Below are positions 63,396-64,000 of a stretch of DNA of 64,000 nt, one piece after another; the first letter of the stretch is position 1, and every line of letters begins with the position of its first letter. The notes below the pieces were generated by a model. It worked only from the letters and a program-made list of their open reading frames with translations. It did not search any database and was not told the origin of the DNA. The stretch lies in assembly GCF_013076305.1 (NCBI RefSeq), contig NW_027019762.1:5541008-5605007 (forward strand). The letters are read 5' to 3'. Source of the DNA: Rhopilema esculentum (taxonomy: Eukaryota). The position numbers and the translations under genes are program-made.

Positions 63396-64000
63396 TGCTT
63401 TGCTCTGATTTCTATCTCGTCACGTATTCGACTGGTAGTGCGTAGACCTATCAACTGGACAAATCAACTGTTTCCACGCATCACAGAGGTCTTTATATCA
63501 ATATGTCGACGTTGCTCTCAAGAATAAAAAACCTTTAGATGTGTCGGTAGTACCTTGTCGGAAAGGCTTCTGCACTGTCTATCACTTTGCATTAATAATT
63601 CAGAGATAATAAGTTATTCATAGAGAGATGTTTCTCTGTTTTGCTTGACCCCAGCTCCTTAAGCAGTTCGTTCAAGCCGCTTTTACCCTCCTATTTTCTT
63701 CTGGCTTTCACCGTTAAGCGAGTTCACGCTCTATGACCTCATCTCAGATAGCTAGTTTTCTCCACAGGAAGATTGCCAAACCTCTCTTCAGTCATACTTG
63801 CGCTGTCAATTTGATCATCTGCGTTTTAAGGAAAGACGCTGACAGCACAAAAGCCTGTTGCAGCCTTCTTTTTACTTATGGATGATTAGAACCATGATGG
63901 CAGCTTCGTTTCACTATCAAAAAGAAAATTTATATCCGATTAGCGCAGAAAGGTTCTCTACGTCTGCGGGGAATAAAACTAAGATGATCGAGTTTAAGAA

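Noticed and set aside
1-64000. Search for prokaryotic-style systems: operons, defence islands, CRISPR arrays, RNA genes
   Set aside because: The sequence is clearly eukaryotic nuclear DNA. It has spliceosomal introns with branch points and polypyrimidine tracts, and it carries microsatellites, LINE, hAT and MITE insertions. The tandem arrays have no unique spacers, so they are not CRISPR. I could not recognise any tRNA or rRNA-like conserved blocks by eye.

Overview
This window is eukaryotic (metazoan, invertebrate-style) genomic DNA, not a prokaryotic locus. It is AT-rich, has spliceosomal GT..AG introns, micro- and minisatellites and transposon remnants, and contains no operons or CRISPR arrays. 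Most of the window, from about 10.0 kb to at least 59.5 kb on the + strand, is the 5' three-quarters of a TSC2 (tuberin) orthologue. I mapped at least 32 coding exons by block-wise similarity to human tuberin, running from the N-terminal MAK... start through the tuberin domain and the serine-rich linker. The Rap-GAP domain exons are not in the window. Other features: an intact intronless ABHD1/ABHD3-like alpha/beta-hydrolase gene antisense to TSC2 at 62.2-63.4 kb; a frameshifted processed pseudogene fragment of an HYOU1/GRP170-like Hsp70-superfamily chaperone inside a TSC2 intron; a 5'-truncated CR1/L2-like LINE reverse-transcriptase remnant; a non-autonomous hAT element with a perfect 8-bp target-site duplication that carries a zinc-finger transposase first exon; two MITE-like elements, one Tourist/PIF-like with long TIRs and a TAA duplication; and several tandem repeat arrays. 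Almost all six-frame ORFs in the track are translations of repeats or intronic noise. I found no evidence of a novel multi-gene 'system'. The interesting biology is the gene architecture: a nested intronless gene, cassette-like linker exons, and one exon-phase inconsistency that implies a missed micro-exon. Exon coordinates were counted by hand and may be off by a few nucleotides.
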